38,730 bases of DNA from Conidiobolus incongruus B7586 (Eukaryota): assembly GCA_000697335.1 (NCBI GenBank), contig JNEM01011312.1, positions 1-38,730 on the forward strand. Direction: 5' to 3'. Below the pieces are notes generated by a model, which was not told the DNA's origin, searched no databases, and saw only the letters and a list, made by a program, of their open reading frames with translations. Below are positions 24,228-36,982 of this stretch, in pieces; the first letter of the stretch is position 1; every line of letters starts with the position of its first letter. A program made the position numbers and the translations under genes.

Positions 24228-25088
24228 TGTAACAAAGAAAAATAAAACCTAATAAAATCAAATAAATATCGATGTATTTATTCAAAAACTATGAAAAAAC
24301 AAATAAATTTATATTGAAAATAGAGAAACTGGTCTCTTTAATATAAAATTAATTGAAATTTAAAGTGGATACTATTGGTTGAATGGATGAGAATTTGATC
24401 TCGTGTCTGTTATTAAATTTGTTGTTAATTAAAAATCAAGAAGAAAAATAATAAATTCAACGCCAATCTTGTCAAACTCAAAAATCTTAATTAATTCTGC
24501 CAGTTAATTACTCGGATACAGATTCTTGTAACTTAAATCGATATCCAAAAAATAAATTAATATGTCAGTAACAATGATGTAACACACCTTAAAATAAAAA
24601 TAGTCAACTAATGAATAGTATATACAATCAAATTGAATTAGACAATTCACTAAATGTTTAAAATGACCAACTTATAGTTGATAAAACCAGCCTAATCAAG
24701 GTAATTCAGTAACAAAGTAAGGAATCCACTATTTATATCCCAAAAATTCTAACATTCACAACAAAATTTAAATACAAATATTAAATACCCCAGCACCCTA
24801 AGACAACAACAATTTAACCCTAAATATATTTAAAACTTGAGTTAGAATTGATGTCATCCTATTAAATGCTTATTGGCACTAAGGCAAATATGAAAGTAAA
24901 TACAAGTATTTGAAGATGATTGGATCAAATTTAAACCCTCAAAATTAAAATACTTTCTATCATCAATATTCTTTAATAATTCTAATTTATTCCATAAAAG
25001 GATACTCTCTCCTGATCGTCTCAGGGCTCATTTTGTATTCTAAATTTAACCTTTTATCAAATTTACTTATTTAACATTAATAACTGAT

Positions 25089-25089
<1 letters not shown>

Positions 25090-25116
<27 letters not shown>
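25090..25116. repeat. (TAA)9 microsatellite
   Basis: Perfect TAA tandem run read directly. Confidence 0.9.
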
Positions 25117-25119
<3 letters not shown>

Positions 25120-25797
25120 CTTATTTTAAATTAAATACTAGTATTTATTCCAATATATCAAAATTCAAAAAACAAGGGTTTTATAAATAGAAAAATATGT
25201 TATAAATACCAATTTAAAGTTGATTTTATATTAATTTCAATTAATAGCATTAATGAATTAAAATTAAAGGATATTTGTAAGGATAATTCACAACAATAGA
25301 AATATTAAAATTTTTACTAAATGGAGATTTGAACTTAGTTTATAGTCGTTCATCTCTTTTATTTGATAAATGCTAATTAATAAAAGTGACATATGAGAGA
25401 AATGCCATTTAAATTAAATTGAAAATCAATTGAAATTTTCTAGTATGTTTCATTAACACCTTTGCTTGGCTCTGTTATAAATTTTTAACCGATTTTTATA
25501 CAAAGACCATAATCTATATAGTATATGGTAACAATTAACAGCTAGTTCAATGGTGAGTGAATAGGTAATTTACCATTATAAGTATTTACAATAATTTAAA
25601 TATAGACAGCGATTAAAAATTTAGAAAGTAGAGCCAAATAAAAGCATTATAAAAACAAATTTGTATGTAAAATTGATTCAATCAGCCATTAACCATTTAT
25701 TGATTCAAATTTAGGTTTATTAAACTAAAACCTGCATAAAAAATACCGTTGTCATCGACAATCTTCACTTATTCATCATAATCAGTTTACTATTACC

Positions 25798-26844
25798 ATG
25801 TTTTTATCAAAACATTCAAGATCTGACCAAAATCATAAGGATGAAGCATTAAGTGTTCAATCAACTTTGGTATTCGATAATATTACTATTGAAATGAATA
25901 AGAAATTGTTGAGATTTCGAGAGGAAATGCATTTATCAACTGTTTATTGCTTGACTTTTATTGAATTTTCTTGTATTTAATAGAAGACCAAATTATTCAC
26001 GACATATCAACCAACGTAATAACCTATGAAGAGTTAAAAAACTTTCAAAAATTACTGCAAAAATATCTATTAAAACAATTGCAACACAGAGAATTTCAAC
26101 TAATTCCAATACAAATTGAAATCTCTTATGAGTACAATCATTTAAATCGCAATATGACTCACCTGAGTAGGAATGTATTATTCAAATCTAGTCATAGTTC
26201 TAAAGCCTTTGTAGTTTTACCTTTAGTTGACCCGTTTTCAGATATTTGAAAATTGGAGATGCGTATTGATAATGCTATGGAAGTATGTAAATGCCATTTA
26301 ACTATAAAACGATTAACAATATATTCTAGATTGGTTCTATGATTCCATTAACAAGCTATCTCACAGGAGATAATTTCTGCATTGCTAATTTAATCCAATT
26401 GATGAGTTAATTATAAGTGCAGCAATTTCCAGTCCCTACAATAATCCAACATTGATAAAATTTAAAATGCAAGTTTAACCTATACACAAAGTAACAAAGT
26501 TCATTTGGATTTTATTGTAGCTCATCATTTTCATTAAATATTGATTTCAATCTATTTATGTATCAACCACCTTTTTCAATAGTTAATAACCAAATTAAAA
26601 GCTTAGTTATATAGTTGAACGTAATGTTTCCCATACAATGATGAAAAATTTAAATATGACATGTAAGTCCAATCTACATCAATCCTTCTATTCTACTGAT
26701 ATACGAACGACTATAGATTACAAATCTATTCAGTTCATCCACAAAATCTTCATTAAATCTTATCAACCGAAAGATTCCAATCAAAAGTATATTTCTGACA
26801 ATTGGTTCCAAAAAGTAATCTCAATAAATTTGCGTATTTTATAA
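25798..26844 (+). pseudogene. Possible decayed coding sequence of unknown family
   Basis: Several short same-strand ORF fragments (25798-25980, 25971-26249, 26638-26844) have slightly raised GC and are interrupted by stops and frame changes. I found no consistent splice model and no recognisable motif. Confidence 0.25.
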
Positions 26845-27936
26845 TATTAATATGATTTAGAACTCTATTAACTATATAGAAGGTTACAATTCTTTGTATA
26901 TAAAGTTAAATCCTCCAATAGCTTTTAATCTACATATTTAACAGGTAATTAGTCCTTAGTTTATATTTAATAGAATGACTAATTGTGTTTTGTTAGGTTC
27001 CATTAACAACAATAGAAATTTATAATTTATTATTACTTAAAATTCAAGAATATGTTGAATTAAACTTGGTAATTGGAGAAATTTACAGTACTATTATAAA
27101 ATATTTATTATCGTTATTATTTATCAGAAAGAATTTTTTGCATAAGAGTTCTAAAAAATTTTATTTTCTTAACATTTATTTATTATAGATTATAAGTGAT
27201 TTACGGGTAATACAAAATTTAGATTTTAATTATTGTTTTATATTAATTAAATAAAATTTAGTTTTCAAAAATTAGAGGTTTTGAAAAGTTAATGTAATTG
27301 TTAATTCAGGAATAATTAATCTATTAAATATACTATTTGGGTTTGATTAAGTTTGCGCAAATCAAGATTATTTTTTTAAATATTCAAATGTAAATATATC
27401 ACACTGTTGCATAGAATATAAAAACTTACATATTCTGATATTTCACATATATTGCAATATATATATATCTGAAACTTGGAGTTCAAAATTTTACGATTAA
27501 ATTGTCCAAACTCAGAATTGGAGTCAATATGTTTGAAGTGGATAATATTGGTTTTATCTACGATATTATTTTTTCAATGTACAATGAAAGTGAAAATATA
27601 TTTAATATCAATTGAAGTGATATTGAATATCAGCTTGAAATTAATCAAAGGAAAAAGAATCAATTTTTCAATAATATTTTAAATTCCCAATAATTCAAAA
27701 ACAAAATATTCAATAGATCAAAAATATTTGATTGATCACACTTATTTGCAATAATTTACAGATTGATAAACTTTAATAACAATTGAATTAAGTGCAAAAA
27801 ATATATGAAATAATAAATTATAGATACTGATTCGAGCAAACAATAATTAATAATACAATGTTATATCGAATTATTCATAAATAATTAATAGTTTAATTCT
27901 GATAATATATTTAACTAAGAAATCTAATCAACTAAA

Positions 27937-30504
27937 TCATTTAGATTTTCTTGGTTTCTTACTTGTTTTAGCCTTTGCATCGGAAGTTTTGGAGCCTCGC
28001 TTCGCGGGTTTCGTCACCTTTTTGATCAATTTATCGTCCAATTCGTCTTCAGACTCGGGTTCATCTTCCACCTTGACATCATCTTCAATGGCCACATCTT
28101 CTAGATCGGGATTTAGTTGGGTTGAAGGTGATGATTTGGATTTCATGGCAGATGACGAGGTGGCAAATGCGGTAGGATGTTCCGATTTGTTGTAGCTATT
28201 AATAAAATTAGTATTTTTTTTCATGAATATTAAATATTGGACTTACGTTCTAGTAAAAGCACTCTTAACATTCGAGGGCACTTGTTTCAAGAGGGCAGCT
28301 GGCTTATTGTCGCCGAGGCCAAAGTCACACAAATTGTCCCAGTCTTCCTTGTTGAGAAAATAGCTGTCCATGAGTTCAATAACGGAGTCGATACCATCCT
28401 AGTAGTATATCAGATTAATCAACTATAAATTAGTTATTATAAGCCTTACTACTTGAGAATCTACCAAAGGTTGGATCAACATTGGAATAAGCGTAGGGAA
28501 GTACTGCTGACATAATTGATCCTTATCTCCAGAAATTTTCAATCTCATGTGCGAGTGAATTTCTTTTAAGATTCGTTTATATTTGCCAGCTTGCGAGTTT
28601 TTACCAAGCCATCTATATAAATTTGATGAGTAAATACGAGTGAATCTAGTAAGATGAAATTACCCTGGGAAATTGTACATGCCTGTCATTCCTCCATTCA
28701 TAAAGTAGGAGGGACGAGCGCAACTGAACATTGCGTGCACAGGCATTAAGCTCCATTGCTGTTGGTTGTACATCACGCGATCAACTAAATCGGCTTCGGA
28801 AATACTGTCGGCAGCGAGGCTCAACAATTCCAATTCCTTTACTTGCTGCTGGACAGGAGTTCTGGAGCCAGAAGCTTTTCGGGGAGCACAACGAATATAA
28901 TTTTCTTGAACCATTAATGGGATGATGGAGAAGTCGTTGAAATAATAGTCCAATCGATCGTTTAAGGTGTCAGCTTGATACAGTCCACCATTCAAGTACT
29001 TGCCAATAATGTCGAAAGGGCCCAGGGTTTGGTTCTTTTGAGCGCTCTTACTGAATGCTTTGCTTTGGTCGTAAGTGAGCGACGTGTGGCTCAAACTCCA
29101 GGTGGAGAGTAAATTAATAATTTGACGAATATCATTCTGACTACTTGCGACAAGCTGTTCGATGACATTGGGAGCAAGTGTCATACCTTCACAATCTGCA
29201 ATATGCTGGATTCTGCTTCTAATAGAAGCTGCAGTAGGTCTATAATTCAAGTTATTTTTTTCATATTTACATACAACAATTAATATCTGTTTACCTTGAA
29301 AAGCGCATATCCTTACAATAATTCACCAGAGATCTCACCTTAGGACTCTGTCTATCGTTACAAATACAAATAATAGGGACTTTAGTCTCCTTGATCATTT
29401 TAATAATTTCTGCAACTCCACCTCGATCACCTCCTGACATACCATCAATTTCATCCAAAATTAAGGCTAGTTTCTTGGTCTCTGGCTTCTTGGGATTGCT
29501 TCCAGTCCCAAAAAATGAGGTGATGGAGTGGTTACTGCTGCAAGTACCGATAGTGGATTTGATGGCTTCTTTGTTTCTCACATCAGAAGCGTTAAATTCC
29601 AGGGGATCGTAGCCAGCTTCGCGACATGCCAGGTGAGCAGCTGTAGTTTTACCAATGCCAGGTGGACCTGAGATCAATACAGCTTTAGTAACACTGGTGC
29701 TGTATGGCTCGCTGGGATCGAATCTCTGGAGAAATTTGATTAAGTCTTGGACATTGGAATTATTACCACAGATTTCTTTGATGGATTTGGGCTTGTATTT
29801 GTCTACCCACATTTCACTCTCTCTGACTTGAGGCTTGGGAGTAGTTTTGGGCTTCATCCAGTCGTAGTCCCTAGCCGGCTTAATCACTGGCTTGTCTTCC
29901 AACTTAATTGTGGATTGTGATTTAGTTTCAGTTTTGGTCTGAACTTTGGGCTTAGGTGCAGCAGGTGCTGGTGCTGACGTATCAGAATTAGAAGTACCGT
30001 TATTACTACTGGCTTTTCTAATCATCTCAAACAATCCATCCTCATCCAACTTGGGAGTCTTCAATTTGTCAGCCTTAGCAATTTTTGTAGTACCGGGCTC
30101 ATTACCCACGACCAAATAATCAGTCTTTCCAGACACTGCACTGGTAACCCTACCGCCGTGACGTTTTATCAAATCCTCCATATCTTCCCTCGTAATGGAA
30201 GCAGGAATGCCCGTAACTACAAAAGTCTTTCCGACAAAACAATCGGGAGGACCCGAAGGGATTTCCTTAGATCCCAAAGCTACCGGACCAGCACGATTTA
30301 AAAATTGAAAGTAGTTAGACTTTGGATTATCTGAAGCACTCTTATCACTCGATTTTTTAGTTTTCTTTTTAGTAACAGGCTCATCATTTTCATCGAAAAT
30401 TTCCATGTCGTCATCAACTAAATTTTATTATTGAAAAAAAAATAGATAATTTACTTGGTTTGAGTGTTACCTATAAAATTGTCATTTTTTCTACTTCTTG
30501 GCAT
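27937..30504 (-). CDS. RFC1: Replication factor C large subunit, ~768 aa, 6 exons
   Basis: Exons 30504-30471, 30417-29295, 29239-28664, 28612-28450 (donor could be 3 nt earlier), 28398-28247 and 28195-27937. Contains a BRCT domain (GKTFVVTG...GGRVTSAVSGKTDYLVVG), WVDKYKP, Walker A GPPGIGKT, FNASD, Walker B DEIDGMSGGDRGG, and the RFC1 C-terminal FPGWLGKNS and KSAFTRTYNK. Confidence 0.96.
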
Positions 30505-30630
30505 CTTTTTAAAACTTACAGATTATTTTATATTATTAAAATAAATTTATTAAATGTAATCAATTAATAAATCTTGTTACAAAATCCTAATTTAAATTGA
30601 ATATAGATAAATTGACTTGATTTTTTAAAG

Positions 30631-30653
30631 TTCCGCCAATTTAAAACGCGAAA
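30631..30653. promoter_or_regulatory. Candidate G1/S cell-cycle elements (E2F-like TTCCGCCAA and MCB/SCB-like ACGCGAAA) upstream of RFC1
   Basis: TTCCGCCAA (30631-30639) and ACGCGAAA (30646-30653) lie ~130-150 bp upstream of the RFC1 ATG. They form an isolated CpG cluster in an otherwise very AT-rich spacer. Confidence 0.55.
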
Positions 30654-31626
30654 TATAAATTAAAAAATAATGAAAATTAATTTTATGGGATTGATATTCT
30701 AAAAAACCTTTTATTGTTTTTTAAATGATTAATTCATTTCAGCATGAAATTATTGATATATTCTATATTATTAAGTAAGTTTATCATGAGTGTTATTTTT
30801 AATTGCTGATTAAGTACTAATCAATATGTTATTTTTTGATATTTATTTAGTTGAATTAAAATGCTAATTTAACAGAATGAGATATTGTTAAGTAAATTCG
30901 TAATTTTTAATTATTTTAAACTTTAATTTTTATACTATTTTTAGAAAGTAATATATAAAATATAAATTTAGAAATAATTAAACCATATGATTATTTAATA
31001 CTTGTTGAAGTCATAATTATATTTTATTAAATTTAATATTGATTGAATAATATAAAAAGATCATGATAATTTTCAATTAATCAGAAATCATATAATTAAA
31101 TAATTTTTGAATTTTAGCCTGGAGTTGATTTTGAAAAGAATTATTGGTGGAATAACTTTAAGAGCTAAAGAAAATGAGAATATAGATATGACAATATTAT
31201 AACTGAGCTAATAATGTATAGTTTCATTTTCTTTTTATTATATCTTCAATTCTTTTTAATAAAATTTTACTAAAAATCAATGGAAAAGTTGAAAAATTTT
31301 GAAATAGTAAGAATAATTTGATGAATAATGATAAAATTAAATTGTAGCAGTTTAAGGAAATGATTTGTCTATTTAATATTATATATTATTTAGTAAATTT
31401 TGTACATTAATTTATTAAAAAAATCAATTGTAACTATTGATCAGTTTATATAACTAATATAAATTTTAGTATATTAAATATTTGATTTATTGATAAAAGT
31501 TTCAAATATTGTGTTCATTAGGAATTCTAAGTCAATTCCCATAATTATTAAATTGTCAATCAACAATAATAAATTCAAATTCAGTCATCAGTCCTTTTTA
31601 TTGAATTGGGTAAATCAAAGTACAAA

Positions 31627-32441
31627 ATGGATTATAATAATAGTTTGGAATCTAAATTAAATGTTCAAGAATTACAGAGTACAAAATTAAAAATAGCTCA
31701 AATCCGAGATTCTTTAAGTGAATTCTATCAAATGGTTAACTTGAACGAACATCAAATGTCAAATTGGTAAAAATTACTAAATATAAAAAACTAGATATAT
31801 ATTAATATATATAATAGGAATGAAATTTATACCAAATTCAATATATTAGTAGCCAAATATTTAAATTTAGCAGATGAAATTTCTAATTTTAATTATAAAA
31901 AACTATTTTTACATCCTTGTCAACCTGTTGAAGAGGAGTTACAGGTGAGAGCTATTGGTACTTTGTTAAGGACGAAACAAATTCCTCAAGTAGAAGATTT
32001 ACAATTTAAAAATATTCAAAATTGTTTGACCCAGTTTAAAGAACTTGATGATTCGAAACTTCCCGATAATGATACCCGAGTTTTGGGTGATGTACTATCG
32101 AGATGGCAGGTAAATTAGAATTAAATAATCATATATTTTATAATAAGGTTTTAATTCAAATTATTTAGCAAAGGATTAAACGTCATAATGCTCGATGTGA
32201 AAAAGTTTTAGCGATTTTTGAAGAAGCTAGAGAAACTAACCAATATAAACGAAGACCCGAGAAAAGGCCTTTACCATCCAAAGAATCTGAATCTTCTTCG
32301 CCAACTACCCCAACTAATTTAGATGAAAAACAAGAAGCTTCACATCCCCCTCCCCCACCCAAAAAACCAAGTACAGCAGTTTCAGCACCCAAAACTTTGG
32401 ATCAAATGATGCGCTGGTTATCACAAGGCGTTAAAGAATAA
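31627..32441 (+). CDS. MED8: Mediator complex subunit 8, ~234 aa, 3 exons (not in ORF track)
   Basis: Exons 31627-31766, 31818-32109 and 32169-32441. The spliced protein has WNEIYTKFNILVAKYLNL, FLHP, TLLRTKQIPQVE (Med8 LLRTKxxPEVE signature), RIKRHN and a C-terminal LDQMMRWLSQG. Confidence 0.85.
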
Positions 32442-32576
32442 TTTGTGGTAAGTTTAACAAATTTAATATATTATATTTTTATTAATCTACTGAATCCGAT
32501 ACTATAATACCAATATTTTTAGCAACTCATATATATCAAATATTGTAAAGATATCCATAAGAATATTATGTTTTCT

Positions 32577-33962
32577 TTAATTTGAACGACATTCAATAAA
32601 TTGAATAATTTTTGGAATTAATTTATGAACTACACCTTCTTTGGAATCTCTACCTAATCATTGTTTAAATCAATTTCATAGTTTTAATAAGAACTTGAAT
32701 ATCAAAAATTACCAGCTGAATAAGTTGGGCATCCTGACCTGATCGATTGAACAGTATCATCTTCAGATTCACTGGATTCTAACCAATGAATACAATTCTA
32801 TATAATTTATTGTAGTAACAATATTCAATCATCTCAGTTCAATAATAAGTTACCAATAAAAACCAATTTTCAAATTCTGACTTGTAGATTTCATCACCTG
32901 AATGAATACTTTGTATTAAAATTACTCCTTTAATTAGACTTTCAACTTGGGAAACTTATAATATAATTAATAAATATGTCAATTAATTCGAGATATAAAA
33001 ACATATACATAATTTATTCAAAATTTCCATCACACAACTCGTCCCATATTTATGAGCTACAATAAAGATTTGTTTAGGTTTTGAAGGTCTAAATAATGGA
33101 ATTAGACTTATGAATTTTTTTTGAATTTTATAATTCTTACAGTATTAGCTCTTTAAAAACTGTTAAAACATGCTCTTCTGGAGACTGATGATTGGGAATT
33201 GATATAGAATCACTTGAAGGTTTTGCCTAAAATCCAAAATTAATATTGAAATAAGTTGGATTTTTATATCCAGATTTACATTCGGCTTCCCACTAATAAA
33301 ATCATTTTCATTAGGATTACAACATAATATTTCGTATCCTAATTTGATTAGCTTTTGGCTAAGCTCTATCATTGATCCAATCTAAAGAATGAATATATTA
33401 ATTTAACAACGAATATAAATTATATAAAATTATTCAATACCTCAATACTCCTATCTATACAAATTTTAGGATCCCACAACCATGGACAAAATCCATGGTC
33501 ATTAATTAGCAATACCAATTTAACAGCTCCATCCAAAGCTTTGTCACTACATAGAACTCTCGAATATACCTCCCTCGACAAATTGGATTTCACATTGGGA
33601 TGACTTTGATAATTTTTTAAACTGTAATACATTTTAACTTCTTTAAAATGGAAATTTTGAATCAATCTGGTTTGTATGTTGTCAGATAGCAATACGCATA
33701 ATTTTGTGAAGCGATCTTGATTGTATTGAACATCTTTGGGTTTGACCATAAATTTGAGAGATGTACCTAAATTAACGATTGGTGGTTTTGATGATATTTT
33801 ATTATTTTTAATTATTTAGTTACCGTCTAAATTTACTATTTGATCTTTTTCATTAATATATAAACCCAAATTTTCAAATGAATAAGTCAAATCGGTGTTT
33901 GAGTTAATTGGTTTTTCATATTTATGTATATTTTTTCTTCGACTAGGTCTTATTAAATACAT
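32577..33962 (-). CDS. Arb2 / FAM172A (ARB2A)-family alpha/beta-hydrolase-fold protein, ~331 aa, 8 exons
   Basis: Exons 33962-33824, 33766-33441, 33381-33280, 33226-33141, 33088-33009, 32954-32854, 32797-32713 and 32653-32577 are all in frame. Motifs are colinear with FAM172A: LGLYINEKDQI, YNQDRF, KLVLLI, GSMI...GYEILCCNPNEN, SPEEHV, IFIVAHKYG, QSIH, NCIHW and CPTYSAG. Confidence 0.87.
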
Positions 33963-34911
33963 ATTGGTAGAATCTTAAATATTGATTAATGAAATAACTT
34001 AGTAAAGAATTTTAAAGAATCATTCAGAATTTATTAGGAATATATTGTCTTAAATATCAAAATCACATTTATTGAATGTATAAATGGTGTTGATTTTAAG
34101 GTAGAATTATAGAGATAGAATGGTTATATAATTTAACACTTTCAGTGCCATGTCAATAAAATATTGAGATCTCGTCATTTGTAATAATTTTCATATAAAA
34201 GTATGAAAATAAGATATGGAGAAGTAATGAATTAAACATAAACTGCTACTTTATTTATAATATTTTTAGATAATAAAACATAATATATTTTTCACTGAAT
34301 ATTATATATATTAACAAAACAAGTCAAAAATTTGGTCTATATAATACTATTCAGCTTTGATGAATAAAAAAATTGATAAATAAAAAATGTAATTTCTTAT
34401 TATGTCTGAAGTGATTAATATATACTTTTATTAATAAAAATTATTTATCATCTAATAAATAATTCCCATCCATTCCTAATTTAAAATAACATTTTTATAT
34501 AATATATTCATTATATTATATAATATTTTATTTGATAATTAAGACTTTGGTAACTATTTAAGAAAATTTTTGTGGTATTGAAACAGTTAAAAATTGAAAA
34601 TTGTGAATATTAATTTATTATTAATGTAAATTTGAAAGTATAATGAAATTGAAATTAAGTATAAATATCATCTAATAATAATATATAATAGTAGAATAAT
34701 GTAGTAAATAATCATTTAATTAATTTAAATAAACCTTTTTCAAATGTTTCAACTTTTTCAATGGCTATCAAAAAATCAATTCTATTAGAAATTTAAAAAT
34801 TTTTTAACTACAAATAATTATTTAATAATCTTAATAATTCTTATTTTTGAAATATTATATCAGTATTTGTTTGTTTGAGGTGATATATTAACATTATTTA
34901 ATTCATATTTT

Positions 34912-34913
<2 letters not shown>

Positions 34914-34953
<40 letters not shown>
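34914..34953. repeat. (AT)n microsatellite, ~20 units
   Basis: Perfect AT run read directly. Shorter runs occur at ~1324-1341 and ~7532-7560. Confidence 0.9.
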
Positions 34954-34957
<4 letters not shown>

Positions 34958-36982
34958 TTCAAAGAAAATTTCAGTGATTTTTTAATCAGAAAATCTAATA
35001 AACTTGAATTATTTCCATAAGATCAAAATTGCACCATTTTTAAGTTCTTACTCTAATTATTTTGTCACCTTTAGTTTTTCCTTAATAAAATTGATTAGCT
35101 TCTTACCATATTCAACATCTAATTATCATGGAATAAGATAAAAATCATGCAAAGGGTTATTTACAAATCAGTAGCTAACGTAATTTTCTAGTACACTTAT
35201 TTTTCTTTTGACAATCTATACATCATTTGGGCACTCATCAAGTAAAAAACAATTGATACTTATTCAAGCATTAATTATTATTTGAATAAAGAGTAAATTT
35301 TATATTCAATTTAACCATTTTATATGGAAATCAATGGTTTATCCTTTCGAAATAATTTATCATAATCGTTTTTTAATATTATTTATTATATTTTAATCTA
35401 GTGAAATAATAAGGTAAATAAAAAGAATTTTTAGAATATCGAATCTAAAGCTATCATAAAAAATGTCTTGTTATGTTTTACTATTAAACTTTAATATTTT
35501 CGATCCATTGTTTGATTAATATAATTATCAAATTCTAATTAGTTCAATATACAACGTATATTCCTTTTATATTTATTTTCGGAGTCACAGATATTAGATC
35601 ATCCCCTTCTTCAAAACCTCAATTTATAAAATTATATAATGTATTTTGCATGAGATGTGCTTTAAATTGATACATGCTTTCAGCTTATGATAATATATTA
35701 ATTATTAGGTTTATGTTTCCAAGTTATATTTAAATAACTTTCATAATCTCAAAATTAATTTTTCATTATTGATTGTTAAAAAAATTCTTGATATGATATA
35801 TTTTTTATTTTTAAATTTTATAACAAATTGGATTATTTTCACCAGTTTTATTCTTTGTGAATTATCAGAATTAAAATCAATTCCAGTCGAAAAAATATTT
35901 ATTAAGAGCGACAAACCTTATATTATATTTACCACTAGAGAACCCTATAGATATTTAATTAAATCATATTAAATCGAGTGATAAAATCGATCAATTGTCT
36001 AATAACAATCAAGGAAATATTACTAAAGAAGACAAAGAGAGTGAAATACAATACCTATTAAAATCTCCCAAAGTGCAATTTATGAAAGTTGCTTTAGGGA
36101 AATATGGTAGTTATAAGGCGATGGATTGGGGAATTAGTTTAATGGATAAACTCGATCAATGTTATAAAAATAATAAGCAGGAATTCTTTTCTATTTTTAA
36201 TACGAATCATGGTAAAACTAATGAAGATAACTGAACTTCAATTTGGATAATTAACTTTGATATTATATTTTGTTTAATATCCAAAAAAATTCATTCAAGC
36301 TATGACACTTAAACCAATTATAATTAATTATTACTTTATCATTGTTTATCTTAAATTTATTAATATCAAAATTGTAATATGATCTATTACGAGAATTTTA
36401 TTACTCTTAATATTTCATGTTCTGTAATAAGAGCTATATTTTTAATGAATAATGCGATGTTAATCTTGTCTTTTGGCTTGTAAGATGATTTTATCAATTT
36501 TCAATCGAAGTTATGGCACAAAGATTGTTTAGAGTGATAATGAATTACCTACTTTAATGTTTAATTTTTTTATTTATTAGTTTATATTAATCAATAATCT
36601 CTTACCAAACTTATTTAATTGAAGTTTTCATAGAATAATCAAATTATCATTTTCAATATTGTACATTGATCAGGAAGTAATTCTAAAGAAGTAAATTATG
36701 AATATCTTGTAATTTTCTTTTATAATTTAGCATAATATAAAGAGTAATGTATATGTAAAATAATCCGAAAATTATATATATTGACAATGTTATGAATTTG
36801 ATTTATGTAAAGAATATTAACCAAAAAGATTCATAAAATCCCATAATTTTAATGGATATTAAATTATATTATAAAATCCTTTGATACACTTATTGAAAAT
36901 CATAAAATTATAAATCATTGTAACAAAAATATATAATTACTATAACTAAACATTTACTAATAATTCAAATATAATAGCAACC

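Noticed and set aside
20200..33962. UHRF1-like and Arb2-like genes as a silencing gene cluster
   Set aside because: They are separated by more than 10 kb and unrelated housekeeping genes, and eukaryotic neighbourhood alone is not evidence of a shared pathway.
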